DNA of 64,000 nucleotides from NCBI GenBank assembly GCA_035084275.1, contig CM068745.1:61380001-61444000 (forward strand), given 5' to 3'. Source of the DNA: Hydrolagus colliei. Lineage: Eukaryota. Each line of letters opens with the position of its first letter. The first letter of the stretch is position 1. The notes beneath the pieces were generated by a model. It saw only the letters and a list, made by a program, of their open reading frames with translations, had not been told where the DNA came from and did no database searches. Below are positions 36,060-49,123 of the stretch, in pieces. A program made the translations under genes and the position numbers.

Positions 36060-37475
36060 ATTCCTGCTTTCGCAATCACCTGGACAGAGCAGGAAAAGCT
36101 GCTAGCCAAAGCTCTGGAATGCGCTGTTGCCAACCAACTTTGCGCACACCTCTACCTCCATACCCTACTCGAACCCCTCCAGTCCAGTTTCCGCCCTGCC
36201 CACAGACAGTCACAAAGAATGTCTCCGCAGGGCTCTCTCTACCTCCTTGTCCTCCTGGACCTCTCTGCTACATCCAATGCAGTTGACCATGCCAACCTCC
36301 TCTAACACCTGTCTTCCATCATCCACCTCACTGGGACCACACTTGTTTAGATCAAGTCCTACTCACAAACCGCCAGCACTACATTTCACATTTCTGCAAA
36401 TGGCTTTTCTTCCCGCTTCCACCAGGTCACCTGCGGGGTACCCCAAGGATCCATCCTCTGCCCCCTTCTCTTCCTCATCTCTATACTCCTCTCAGTGATG
36501 TCATCCGCAGATATTGGGTTAACATTTACGCAGATGACACTCACCTCTACTTTTCCACCTCCAGTTACGACCCTCAGTCTCCTGATGTTCTGTCAGCTTG
36601 TCTGTCGGACATCAAGAGCTGGATGAGCACAAATTTCTTGCGGTTATGTGTCAACAAATTGGAAGCCATACTCTTTGGCTCCCATTGAAGTCTTCTGTCC
36701 CACTATTACAACCTCCTCAATCTACAGAAACTGTCCTTAAAACTCATGTAAAACCCATGCAAAACATAGGCATCAGGTTCAATCTGCAGTTATCCTTCCT
36801 CCTCATATCGGGTTCCTAACCAGCACCACTTTCTTCCATCTCTGCCACATTGCCCATCTTCAACAATACCTCATCCCAACACCTGCTGAAACCCTTGTCC
36901 ACGCCTTTGTCACCTCTCGGCTGGACTTCCCCAAGTCCTCCTCGCCGTTCTCACCTCCTCCACTATTTACAAAATTCAGCTCATTCAGAACACCATCTCC
37001 CAGATTCTCACCCGCATCAAATGTCATACCCTGATTACCCCAATCCTTGCTAAATGCCTTGCTCCTTGTCACAGAGCGGATCACTCACTCTGGTGTTTAA
37101 AGATGTTCACTCTGCTGTTCACTCAAGATGCTCACTCTGGTATTTAAACCCCTCCATTTTCTTGGCAGCTCCCTATCTTCTCTAATTTCCTCTCTCCTCA
37201 CAGTAGTACCTGCTGCAATCATGGTGGACTTGCTTTCAGCCATTATGCCTCCAAACGTTGGAACTACCTCCCTCAACCCCATTGCCTAGTTCCCTCCTTC
37301 CCCATCTTCAGATTGCACCTAAAGCCCTTCTTCAACTGCGCCTGAAGACCTTCCTCTTCAACGAAACCAAAAGTCAGCTTCCCCTTCCCTCTGGCTCAGA
37401 CTCGGGCACCACCATTGTTAAATGTTTTGAGATGCTGCGCGGCATGGAGGGCACTATATGAAAGCAAGTTGTTGA
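36060..37475 (+). mobile_element. L2 LINE, degenerate RT through 3' tail
   Basis: LQSSFRP.H..LLVLLDLSA..AVDH, GYPKDP (decayed GVPQGS), YADDTHLY; L2 tail near 37450-37475. Confidence 0.85.
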
Positions 37476-38539
37476 AAGTTTTGAAAATGGTTTGGTGGAC
37501 TCTTCTATTTTAAATCTGACTTTGCCACCTGGTTGTACAAACTATATCATGGTGAACCACTAGCCCTTTCAACTTACACTACAGCAAGTAAAATTCCACC
37601 CGCATCTAGATTTACTCTATTTATGTAGCCATAGTTTTGCGCATTTTTTGTTAAATTGCTCTCAAACTTTGAAGCAGGTTTTCTACAGTTCTTCAAAATA
37701 AATTTACAGAATATCAGTTTCGAAAATGCAATTAATTGTGAACATTCTGAAATGGTATATAAATCATGTAAATCTATACCCAGGTGGAATTACCCCTTCA
37801 CACTGACAGTGTTAGATGAAATTAGATACCATAGCAAACTGGATTTACCTGATGAACCCTGTTACCACAAGTCAAACTGCCCAGAAATCAATCACGCACA
37901 TGTAGGAAGGCCCAGCAGAAAAAACCTAGTAATATTTCTTTTTATTTATAATTAATTGCAAATATTTAAAGAGTAGGACAAAATAAATTAGCGTAAATGT
38001 CAGAGCTATTAAATTGAGGTGTTGTCCCTGAAGTGCTTATGCAGTCCCCAGAGAATGTTGAGTCTCAGTCTCCTGATGTGTCAGTTTGCACAATGATCCA
38101 CACATTTCTTGTGTGGATCAGGAGGCTCCAGGAGGAAATGGACCTTGGTTTCCAAATTGGTTGGATTATTTTGGTATTCTCGTGCACTGAATTCCTCCCA
38201 TAAACTTTAAAACTACACAAGTTGAAATCCAATTTATATGCCTTCCACCCTCATTCCTAACCCTTTGCGTAAGATCTTTTGAGTTTATGCTTTAACCTAC
38301 CTTTACAATCCTCAAACCTTTTCTTTAGCACACATTTGTCCAATTACCTTTTAAAGGAATTTTCCTTTGCCAATTTTCTCTAATGCTCCATTTGTTAGGT
38401 GCTGTAGTTTGATTCCACTACCTCACCTAAGTGACAATCCTTCAGATTTGAGATGAGACAATGAACACTGGAAGCTATTCAGCCATGGTGGACATCACAC
38501 CCAAGTCTGATCCTTCCTTATCCAACATACAAGGATTAT

Positions 38540-38553
38540 CCAGCAGGGGGCAT
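38540..38553 (+). promoter_or_regulatory. Candidate CTCF site
   Basis: CCAGCAGGGGGCAT matches CCASYAGRKGGCRS at 13 of 14 positions; motif match only. Confidence 0.35.
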
Positions 38554-39088
38554 TCCTCTCCCTTAGCCCATGAAGTACTAAACCCAGATAGCTCGGTGTA
38601 GTCTGAGAATTCTGATCTTTAACCTTTTAATTTATATGATTTTATGCTACCTACTAGCTCATCGGGAGAAGCAATAGTTTTTAATTAAAATGCACATTAC
38701 TGTTTAATTTGGGAGTTTTAAGTATATCAGTACTTGTCAGTACTACACACATTCCATCATGTTTCCATAATCCCTTCCCTCCCCTAAAATTAATGTGTCC
38801 AACCCAACAATTTCCCCCAATTTACAATCTAAATACTTTTATTCTGATTCCATTTGTTATAAAAGTAATCTGGATTTAGTCTTGTAACAAATAAGACTAT
38901 TCATTGCATCACAGGTATTACATGCATTACTTTAACTATATTGGACTACAAGTTTACTAAAAATATCACAAAGGTGGTTCCCATGAATAAGGTGGGTGGT
39001 GCTTGCCAACATTTTTGTTGTTCGACATTCCCTGGTGGCCAGTAATATGAGACCAACCTACTCAAGCTGCTTTTCAATTCTCTATCAG

Positions 39089-39290
39089 GAGTCCCTTTCT
39101 CAGTCCCTTTCATACAAAAGTTCTAGATTCACGGAGCCAGGCTAGTGTGCACTGAGAGAACCCATTGTTTGAGAGTTAGGAAAGGAAAGACCCGGTGTAA
39201 CAGTGATGATAGGTATACTGTTTGTAAATATGTATGCTATGTTTGTAAATATGTATTTTTTTAATAAAGCAAATCCATTAAAATATTTTT
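39089..39290 (+). other. Candidate alternative terminal exon / 3' UTR of the CD86-like gene
   Basis: Acceptor CTTTTCAATTCTCTATCAG; the phase-2 frame from the TM exon gives RSPFLSPFHTKVLDSRSQASVH* (stop 39153-55); two TGTAAATA motifs (39223, 39244) then AATAAA at 39263-68. Confidence 0.5.
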
Positions 39291-39914
39291 GAACACCTCA
39301 GTGTTATCCTGAGTTTTTCTTTTATTACTGTATTAAGTGCAGTATTGCAAAGATATTTTAAAATCACATTCTGTGTTCTCCACCATCAACACAGTATACT
39401 CTTTACACTGTTACAATGAGCTGTACTTATATTGTGGTAATGTTTCTTCCAAAATTATATAAATTCCTATGTTTAAAAAAAACACAAAACATTCCTATGA
39501 AGGTCTTTTTTGTGCCTTGGCCAATATAGTGGAATTCCCCTTTAAATTGTTCCAAACAACTCCCAACAATTTTACTTGTAAACTTTTTCACTTTATTTTA
39601 ACCCCTTCCCCCACAATAACAATGGTATTACTTTTTTTAAGATGCACAAAATTTCAACCCACATGGGTTTCATCCAATGTGACAACTATCATAATTCAAC
39701 TTTCAATGGCAAGCTATGGGATTTTAGATGGTTCAGCTCCTGCAGTCTCACTAACCCACACTCTGGAATCCACATGGTTTTGCTCGTCACCACCAACTAA
39801 TAAGCTGAAGAATTAGGGTCCATCCAGTGGAGAGTGCATATATTTCATTCCTGACACCGGAAATACTATGTGTAGGTGGGATGCATAGCATTCTGTCTTC
39901 TTTGCATACTCTTT

Positions 39915-40620
39915 AAGAACATAAGAAATGCTATACAAAAAATGGCAAGATCCTTCTAGTTTGCCTTCCACCTTCCCAGTGGTCACATGCACATATGTGC
40001 CGATCTGCCTATGTACTATAACCTTGGGGCCCCCCATGTGTGGAAAGATGATTGGATGGATCAATCTACGACATCCTTGTTCTCTTTCCAAATCAGATAT
40101 ACTATCCATATCCTCCTTCATAAAAGACTAATGCAAAAAACTTATTTAGCTCTATTGCTGCCCATGCAGCATTATTTGTTATGTTCTCTCCCGAGCCCAT
40201 GTTCAGTGACCTTGTAGCATTACTTGTTTTTCTTTTACTCTTCATGTAACTAAAAACCAGTTTGTTATTATCCTCCACATCTCGTGAAGTTCAATTCAAA
40301 GCTTTTCTTTACCATTCACGTGATTTTTTTTAGCAGTCCTGGCATGTCTTCTGGTATTGAATCTGACCTAATTCTGCGCCATTTTCCTTCATGGCCTTAA
40401 ATGCCTTCTTTTTCGTCTTTATGATTTGCTTTGTAGCCCCTTCCAACCAGGCAGGAATGCTTTTAAGGTTGGAATCTTTGCTTTGCATAGGTATACATTG
40501 TTCCGTTGCCTACATAATCACCTCCTTGAGCAAACTCCGTTGATCCCCCAGTCCCATTGTCTTATTTAAGCCTGCCAGGCCTACTTTGATTAAACTTCTC
40601 AACAACAACAACAACAATAA
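39915..40620 (-). mobile_element. CR1 LINE fragments
   Basis: AAGAACATAAGAA tail in reverse and CR1-like ORF2 segments. Confidence 0.5.
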
Positions 40621-42559
40621 TAGATTTCAACATGTGCCAGACACACGGCTGACCAAAACAGAATTTCACTCACAGCTTGTTCTTCACAAATGTGCTTTGC
40701 AAATACTGTACAATAGTATTAGTGATCTTGGGACATCTTCCCGATGTGAAAGCTGTAATTTTGTTGTTCTATCGGTCTTTTCATCTGTCTTTTTCATCAT
40801 GCTCAACGGTGCCACCAAGTGGCAATCAACCAGTTGGAGATACAGTTTGCTGCATTGTTGGAGATGCTGTCCTTCGGAATGACCTATCTGACTTTTAAAT
40901 AACATAAAACGTCAGATTTAAGAAGAGTTATTACGTTATTATGTTATTCCTTTATTTGATCAAATACTTTAGCTAGGTATTCTCCACATCATTGCTATTC
41001 AATAGGCAAAATAAAAATCATGTAAGTACTCTATAAGAAAAAAAGCATAGGCCCATGACCAATTGAGAGTTGTTGATAGATAATTGGATGGAATTATTTC
41101 ATTGGGCCTCAGAATCCTTCAGGAATTTCATGCAACAGTTCTTCATTGTGCCAACACACTATTTTGACTATGATGGGTTGATAGATGAGCACGATTCTGT
41201 TCATTTTGGCACATCTTTCAAATAGAAGCAGATGTTTATAAACATAGAAATATACAGCACAAAACAAGGCCATTCGACCCAGACCCTACGCATGCTCGCT
41301 CAAGAGCAAAAGGCTATCGAGGCCAATTATAACATCCCAATTGTACCAGGGTTGGCTTTTGTTCAGGGCTGCATCACCTTTCCCTCATTTGCCATCAGGG
41401 AGCTACCAAGGATATTTTATTTAGATAATTACATGTTGCTTGACAATGATCTTGCTTATCACATTAATATGCAGCAGCTGCTTAAAATTACATCGTTGAA
41501 TGTTTGGCTGTCACAAACATTACTACCTTATCCATTCCGAAGTCAACAAACTCCACAATCACACCTCTTAAATTTGAGTTTATAAACATGGCAACGTTCC
41601 CAGCTTCGGAAAGCTTGTGTTTCTCTTCCATTACTATATGTGATATATCTCTCCCAGTAGAATGGTGAACAACAACAAAATTACATTTGTATAGCACCTT
41701 TCACATCGGGAGGACGTCCCAATGATTAAACAATAATAAATAGAACATTGGCCTTTATCCGTACATTTCATACTCAGATGCCACTGAGTGAAACTATCCA
41801 TTCAACATTGATGACTGGTGCACCAGGTTCTCCCAATGGGCCAGGATATTTATTCAGTTGAACAGCTGAGATAGACTGAACGCGTCCCAGTCTCAATCCC
41901 TCATCTGTGCTGTGTTAAATGACCTTATTTTATGGCATTTCGCCCACAAATATACAGTCAATCCATGTATAGTCTATTAAGTGCTTTGAGACATCCAGAA
42001 GTCATGACAAGTGCTATATCAAATATAAGGATTATTATTATTTATTATTATCTTCACTTGGTGTGCTACAATTGACCTCATCAGCCCTGTCTTCGGCGGG
42101 GGGCTGGGCATCCAGGGTTTGTGCTCCAGATAATCTGGCAGGATGGGTGAATGTGTAGAAAGGGTTTGACTCATTCCACTTCCTTCCCATCCTCCTTCCC
42201 TTCCAATATGATTGAATAAAAAAGTTCACACAAGACTAAAGGCCTCCTGAATGAAGTATCGGGTGACATTCTACGCCTCTGTAACAAGTCCAATAAGGAA
42301 ATTAATAGTGAAAACCCCTAAGGTAAGTAGAGAAGGAAATTGAACAAAAAAAGACAATACCTATTCTCTAATTATTCTAATATGATTGTGCCTTTGTTGT
42401 ACTCTTGCCAAACTTACCTTCCAATGCCACTTTTAAAAATTCTTAATTACAGACAAAAACTTTTTATGCCATTGTTCAAAAATTGGCTGGTGATTGAAAG
42501 GTTGGCTAATTTGCTTTCTGTCACACAGAACCACACCCTTAGTCAGAGTTAACTTTTTT

Positions 42560-43400
42560 ATCAACAACAATAACAGCAAAATTACATTTGTATAGCAGCT
42601 TTCACATCGGGAGAACGTTCCAAGGCACTGCACAGTCAGTATTTCAGACCCGAGCTGGGGTCGGGATCGGGGAGGATGGACGGGATTTGGGGTGACCGAT
42701 GGGAACATTGAAAAGGAGTGTCTTGAGGTGAAGGAGGCTACTGAGGGGGTGAGGCGGAGGGATTGCGGGATGGAATTCCAGAGGTTGGGGGCAGAGTGAC
42801 TGAAGGCTCACCCGCTAATGGTGGGGCGATTGGGTCGGAAGACATGGAGCAGGCCACAGCTCACTGAGCAAAGAGAGCGGGCAGGTTGGTAGGGGGGTTA
42901 GAAGGTTGTAGAGGCAGGTGGGACATGGCAATGGAGGGTTTTAAAGGTGAGGACCAGGATCTTGAATTGAATCCTCTGGGTGTTGGAGAGCCAAGGATTC
43001 GGGTGAGAATAGTGGAGATGGGATCATAGAATTGTTTAAAATATCAATGGAGACTTTGACCAGGGCTGTCTCTGTGCCCTGGGAAGCACGGAAGCCGGAT
43101 TGGAAGGGTTTAAAGAGGGAATGGCGAGAAAGGAAGGAATGAAACTGGAACGCAACAACTTGTTCCAGGGCCTTGGAAAGGAATGGGAGGTTGGAGATGG
43201 GGCAGTAGCTGGAGAGTAAAGTTGGGTCCAGGGAAGGGTTTTTCAGGATGGGGGTGATGACAGCTGCTTTTAGAAGGGTGGGAACCGTGCCAGTGGATAA
43301 GAAAAGGTTGATGATGTTGGTTAGGATGGGGCTAAGAGGTGGAAATGAGGAGAGAGGTGGGATGGGGCTGAGAGAGCATGTGGTGAGCTTCATTTTTAGA
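42560..43400 (-). mobile_element. L2 LINE (RT N-terminal fragment plus 3' end)
   Basis: ORF 42941-43393 LKAAVITPILKNPSLDP..CPISNLPFLSKALEQVV..QSGFR..TETALVKV. Confidence 0.85.
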
Positions 43401-45121
43401 AAGAGAGCAGAGAGGAAATGTAATTTTTATAATCTTCATTAAACAAAGGATGAAAATTGTGTGACCCTTTCATTCTACAGTACTCTTTACTAACAATGTT
43501 GATTTTTTTTATTCGAAAAAAAACTGGCCTGGAATGTTCAGTGTGGGTATAATAGACTCAATGAGTTTTACACTTTGCATAAACCTACTTCAAATTTTGG
43601 TTTATAAAATACTATTTTTAAATGCAAAGAGATTTTTTAAAAATCTGCATATTACGTCATGTAAGGTAAGACAAGGTCAAATCCTAGGTGTTAAAGTCAA
43701 GAGAAAGATAACAGAGCAAAATACTTGCCCAACTCAAACGTTTAAGGGAGATTATCGGATCAAGATTATTTGGGACATTACCAAATAAAGCAGAATGCTT
43801 CACAAGATTTTTCTTCTCTAAAGTGCAATGATTCTATTTGTTGGCACACCCTACAGGAGATAACTGTGGACTACAATAAAGCTATTGAGGTGTTCAATGG
43901 TGCCATCTTGTGGAATAATTATGATAGTTCTATTGCACACTTCTGGTTTTTGTTTTGTTATATTGTGTGGGTTTTGCTTTAAACTATCATTTAAACTGTC
44001 TATGTAACACTTTAACAAAATAAAGCAATGAACATGACATTTTGGACAAAAATATATTTCAGATTGATATACTATACAAGACTAAAAAACACAGAAAAAA
44101 TATTAGATAAAAAACTTAACAGGAACCTGCAACAGATCAGATGCTAACTACATCAACATCATTCCTGGGAAGCGCTATCAAGTTTCAGAAATGTAATTGG
44201 ACAATTTGTTCCCAAGAACTGGAGGAACAGGAGGAAATCGACAATAGTAGGACTTTTAGTAGAAGGTAGTGGGCCAATTGCACTTTCAAACTAATTGATA
44301 CTTGAGCAGGTAGATAGAATGGATTTGGATTCCGATTCTCACCTGAATTCAAAAATCACAGAAAGAGCCTGCAACCTGCAAGGAAATAGCATGAGTGGAG
44401 TTGGTTTCACCTTTCTCCTGGCTTGAAGTTAAAGTCAAACCGAGTGAGCACAGAGGAAGCATGTGCTTGCATGCACATTCAAGCTGCTTAATGAAGCCCA
44501 CAACACAGATAAACAATCTATCACAACTGGACTGTTGCCAAGCTTTGCAACTCCACCAATAGTGACAGACTAGTCCTGCAGATCTATCATGTTGCTTCTA
44601 TATCATGTGTCAAATCATCACTGTTTGTTGAAATCACCTTCTCTGCTTCTGACTCACTGATTGCATTAAAATGCAATTCATCAATGAGAATTACCTGTTT
44701 ATTTTGTGTGTTTTAAAGAATATTTGAGGCTAGGGAACGGCGACTAATCGGTTTTTCGATTAAACCCGATGTGATTTTCACATCGGTGTGCCGATATGGT
44801 AATTCTAAAAAACCTGTTATATCGAGGGATTCGATTTAAAAAATATACATCGGTATATTTTTAATATCGTTCCTGGCAATATATCAATATTGTTGGTATT
44901 ATCAGTGTAATGCGATCTTTTCCAGCTTACCTTGTCGCCGGCATTGCAACCTCCTAGATCTAGAGCATGGAATGCGCGTACATTCGGTGCGCGCGCACAA
45001 TTAACGGGCGCCCACATCCGATGCGCGTGCACACTTTACTGTGTATACTCGACGTGAGTCGTGGCGTCTTAACAAAGTCGCATCGCTGAAAATTGTAGTT
45101 TGAAAATTTACCTTTCTCATC

Positions 45122-45568
45122 ATGGGGAAAAGAAGCCCCGTGTGGAACTACTTTGAAACAAATGCAGTCAGTAATGGTGTGTATAGATGTACAGTTTGCA
45201 AGGTCTTGGTTAAGACATCTGATTCGAGTACGAGCAGCCTGCGACAACACATTAAGCAGCACCACCCCGCCCAGCACGCTGCCCTCAGAGCGAAATCATT
45301 ATCGACAACAGAACGAAGTCGAACCAGCGCTTCGGAGAAAGCGACAGGTAGTGGGGCCAGTGCAGTGCAAACAATTCCTGCTTTATTTAAGAGGAGAACA
45401 TTGTACCAGAGAGGGGACAAAAAGTGGCAAAGTATCACGAACGCTGTCACTTTTTGCATAGCAAAGGAGAGCTTGCCAATGGCGAAGGACATTAATTCAG
45501 ACTTCAGACTACGTAAAAATAAGTGGCATTTTGTGGCTGTAAGTGTTATTTTTGTGTGTGAGAGTTAG
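45122..45568 (+). pseudogene. Truncated hAT transposase ORF (BED zinc finger only), 148 aa
   Basis: SPVWNYF..YRCTVCKVLVKTSDSSTSSLRQHIKQHH fits the BED W-Y/F..CxxC..HxxxxH pattern; no DDE/RNase H domain follows. Confidence 0.85.
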
Positions 45569-45643
45569 AAGCCAAACTATCACTGCCTCTATGTGTGTGT
45601 CTAGTCAGACACACACAGCAGTGATAATCTGGCTTCTAACTCT
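45561..45643. repeat. Long hairpin inside B1
   Basis: 26-bp outer arms with 2 mismatches, 11-bp inner arms TGTGTGTGTCT/AGACACACACA, 4-nt loop AGTC and a 5-nt bulge. Confidence 0.9.
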
Positions 45644-45784
45644 GACAGTCAGACTGTCTGTCTCTCTCTTTTCTATTGTAATAGATCTCATTTACACGTG
45701 GACGTTACATGCTACTTTCAAGCAAGAAATGGAGGAGAATAAATCTCTAGATTTTGTTTTTGGTGTGTGTGTGTTCTATTTTGA

Positions 45785-46400
45785 GAGAAGGAGAGGGGGA
45801 AAGTTGGGAGAGAAGGAGAAAGGAAGAGAGGAGAGGGAGGGAGAGAATGAGGAGGAAAGGAGGGAGAGAAGGAGCGAGGGGAAAGGAGGGAGGGAGGGAG
45901 AGAGGGGAGGGAGAGAAGGAGAGGGGGAAAGTTGGGAGAGGAGAGAGGAAGAGAGAAGAAGGAGGGAGAGAATGAGAGGGTGAAAGGAGGGAGAGAAGGA
46001 GCGAGGGGACAGGAGGGAGAGAAGGAGAGAGGAAGAGAGGAGAGGGAGGGAGGGAGGGAGGGAGGGAGGGAGAGAAGGAGAGGGGGAAAGGAGGGAGAGA
46101 AGGAGAGAGGGGAGGGAGGGAGAGGGGGAAAGTTGGGAGAGAAGGAGAGAGGAAGAGAGGAGAGGGAGGGAGAGAAGGAGAGGGGGAAAGGAGGGAGAGG
46201 AGACAGGGAGAGTGGAGGGGGAGGGAGAGAATGAGAGGGGAAAGGAGGAGAGAAGGGAGAGAGGGAGGGAGAGAAGGAGAGAGGGGAAGGAGAGAGGGGA
46301 GGGTGGGAGGGGGGGAGAGTGGAGGTGGAGGGAGAGAAGGAGAGGGGAAAGGAGGGAGAGAAGGAGAGGAGAGGAGGGAGAGAAGGAGAGGGAGAGGTAG
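45785..46400 (+). repeat. Polypurine minisatellite inside B1
   Basis: Degenerate units such as GGGAGAGAAGGAGAGGGGGAAAG; almost pyrimidine-free. Confidence 0.9.
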
Positions 46401-47672
46401 GGAGCAAACAACATCGTATAATTCAACAGACCTTGACACCAACATTACAAACTTTCTGGACCTAGAGCACGCATTTCGAAATGTGCGTGCACCGCGACTG
46501 CGCGCGCATCGTCAGTGCGCACGCACCGCGACTGAGCGCGCGCGTGCCATCAATGCACGCGCACTTCGAATGCACGCGCATGCGCAGTATAAAAACTCGA
46601 TAGATCGGTTTAAGCAGGTATGAGCCAACCGATATAACCATATCCGGAAAAATCCCATATCGCCGTTCCCTATTTGAGGCTAGTACAGTATCATTTTGAG
46701 AATCAGTAATAAAGTCATTTCAAATTATTTTACTGATAAGAGCTCAGACCCACAATAAAAAAGAATCAGGACAGAAATGTTATCAGGTCTAAATTGGTTT
46801 TACTTTTACTTCCAGTTACATCCTAAATTCAGACAATCTGTAGGCCTAGATCAATACAAAGTGCGAATACTGTACCTCATTTTCTGTAGGAAAAAGGCGT
46901 ATCATAAGGTTTCCGCTTACCATTCAGAAATACACATTCCCACTAAATAAAACAGACATAAATGGGTTTCTAAAAGTCAAAGAATTAGGATCTTCCAAGT
47001 CTTTAATGTTCTATGTTACACTTAGTGGCGCATTTACCTGCTAGGCCATCAGGTAAGCTGCCACAAAGTTTTAAAACAGCCTGACACGGCCTTCCTCCAG
47101 ACTCATGGGGGAGCAGAGAATTCGGTGTAACACCACCCAGGAGGGCAACTGAACTGGTGGGATTAATAATGGCTGCGTCCTTACGGCCTATTCAACATGC
47201 AGACAGTTCTCCGTACACACAAACATGAGTAGTGCAATTCAGGTAAGATAGACAAGCTCCAAATACATACAAGTAAGCTTGTTCGATGGACCAATGAGGA
47301 CTATCAACTAGGGAACGGCGATATGGGATTTTTCCGGATATGGATATATCGGTTTGCTCATACCTGCTTAAACCGATCTATCGAGTTTTTATACTGCGCA
47401 TGCGCGTGCATTCGAAGTGCACGTGCATTGATGGCGCGCGCGCATTTATGGTGCGCGCTCAGTCGCGGTGCGTGCGCATTGACGGTGCGTCCGCACTGAC
47501 GATGTGCGCGCAGTCGCGGTGCACGCACATTTCGAAATGCGTGCTCTAGGTCCAGAAAGTTTGTAATGTTGGTGTCAAGGTCTGTTGAATTATACAATGT
47601 TGTTTGCTCCCTACCTCCCCCTCTCCTTCTCTCCCTCCTCTCCTCTTCTCTCCCTCCTCTCCTCTCTCCTTC

Positions 47673-47924
47673 NNNNNNNNNNNNNNNNNNNNNNNNNNNN
47701 NNNNNNNNNNNNNNNNNNNNNNNNNNNNNNNNNNNNNNNNNNNNNNNNNNNNNNNNNNNNNNNNNNNNNNNNNNNNNNNNNNNNNNNNNNNNNNNNNNNN
47801 NNNNNNNNNNNNNNNNNNNNNNNNNNNNNNNNNNNNNNNNNNNNNNNNNNNNNNNNNNNNNNNNNNNNNNNNNNNNNNNNNNNNNNNNNNNNNNNNNNNN
47901 NNNNNNNNNNNNNNNNNNNNNNNN
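47673..47924. other. Assembly gap (252 N) inside the B2 polypyrimidine minisatellite
   Basis: Run of N. Confidence 0.99.
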
Positions 47925-48643
47925 TCCCTCCTTTCCCCTCGCTCCTTCTCTCCCTCCTTTCCCCCTCTCCTTCTCTCTCCTTCTCTCCCAACTTTCCCCC
48001 TCTCCCTCCCTCCCCTCTCTCATTCTCTCCCTCCTTTCCCCCTCTCCTTCTCTCCCTCCCTCTCCTCTCTTCCTCTCTCCTTCTCTCCCAACTTTCCCCC
48101 TCTCCCTCCCTCCCCTCTCTCCTTCTCTCCCTCCTTTCCCCTCGCTCCTTCTCTCCCTCCTTTCCCCCTCTCCTTCTCTCCCTCCCTCTCTCCTTCTCTC
48201 CCTCCTTTCCCCTCGCTCCTTCTCTCCCTCCTTTCCCCCTCTCCTTCTCTCCCTCCCTCTTCTCTCTTCCTCTCTCCTTCTCTCCCAACTTTCCCCCTCT
48301 CCTTCTCTCCCTCCCTCCCTCGCCTCTCTTTCTCTCCCTCCTTTCCCCTCGCTCCTTCTCTCCCTCCTTTCCCCCTCTCATTCTCTCCCTCCCTCTCCTC
48401 TCTTCCTCTCTCCTTCTCTCCCAACTTTCCCCCTCTCCTTCTCTCCCTCCATCTCTAAACACAAAATAGAACACACACACACCAAAAACAAAATCTAGAG
48501 ATTTATTCTCCTCCATTTCATGCTTGAAACTAGCATGTAATGTCCACGTGTAAATGAGATCTATTACAATAGAAAAGAGAGAGACAGACAGTCTGACTGT
48601 TAGTTAGAAGCCAGATTATCACTGCTTCTATGTGTGTGTCTGA

Positions 48644-49123
48644 CTAGACACACACAGCAGTGATAATCTGGCTTCTAACTCTCTCATACACAAAAATAAC
48701 ACTTACAGCCACAAAATGCCACTTATTTTTACGTAGTCTGAAGTCTGAATTAATGTCCTTCGCCATTGGCAAGCTCTCCTTTGCTATGCAAAAAGTGACA
48801 GTGTTCGTGATACTTTGGCACTTTTTGTCCCCTCTCTGGTACAATGTTCTCCTCTTAAATAAAGCAGGAATTGTTTGAGCTGCACTGGCCCCACTACCTG
48901 TCGCTTTCTCCGAAGCGCTGGTTCGACTTCCTGCTGTTGTCGACAATGATTTCGCTCTGAGGGCAGCGTGCTGGGCGGGGTGGTGCTGCTTAATGTGATG
49001 TCGCAGGTTGCTCGTGCTCGAATCAGATGTTTTAACCAAGACCTTGCAAACTGTACATCTATACACACCATTACTGACTGCATTGTTTTCAAAGTAGTCC
49101 CACACGGGGCTTCTTTTCCCCAT
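48644..49123 (-). pseudogene. Truncated hAT transposase ORF (BED finger), paralogue of 45122-45568
   Basis: MGKRSPVWDYFENNAVSNGVYRCTVCKVLVK..LRHHIKQHH. Confidence 0.85.

Larger units (their letters stand above)
44731..46672 (+). mobile_element. hAT internal-deletion derivative B1 (1942 bp) retaining a BED finger
   Basis: TIRs TAGGGAACGGCGA / TCGCCGTTCCCTA; 8-bp TSD TTTGAGGC (44723-30, 46673-80). Confidence 0.93.

Noticed and set aside
45122-45568. Domesticated ZBED host gene
   Set aside because: The ORF lies between intact TIRs with a TSD, is duplicated nearby with neutral-looking changes and lacks the catalytic domain.
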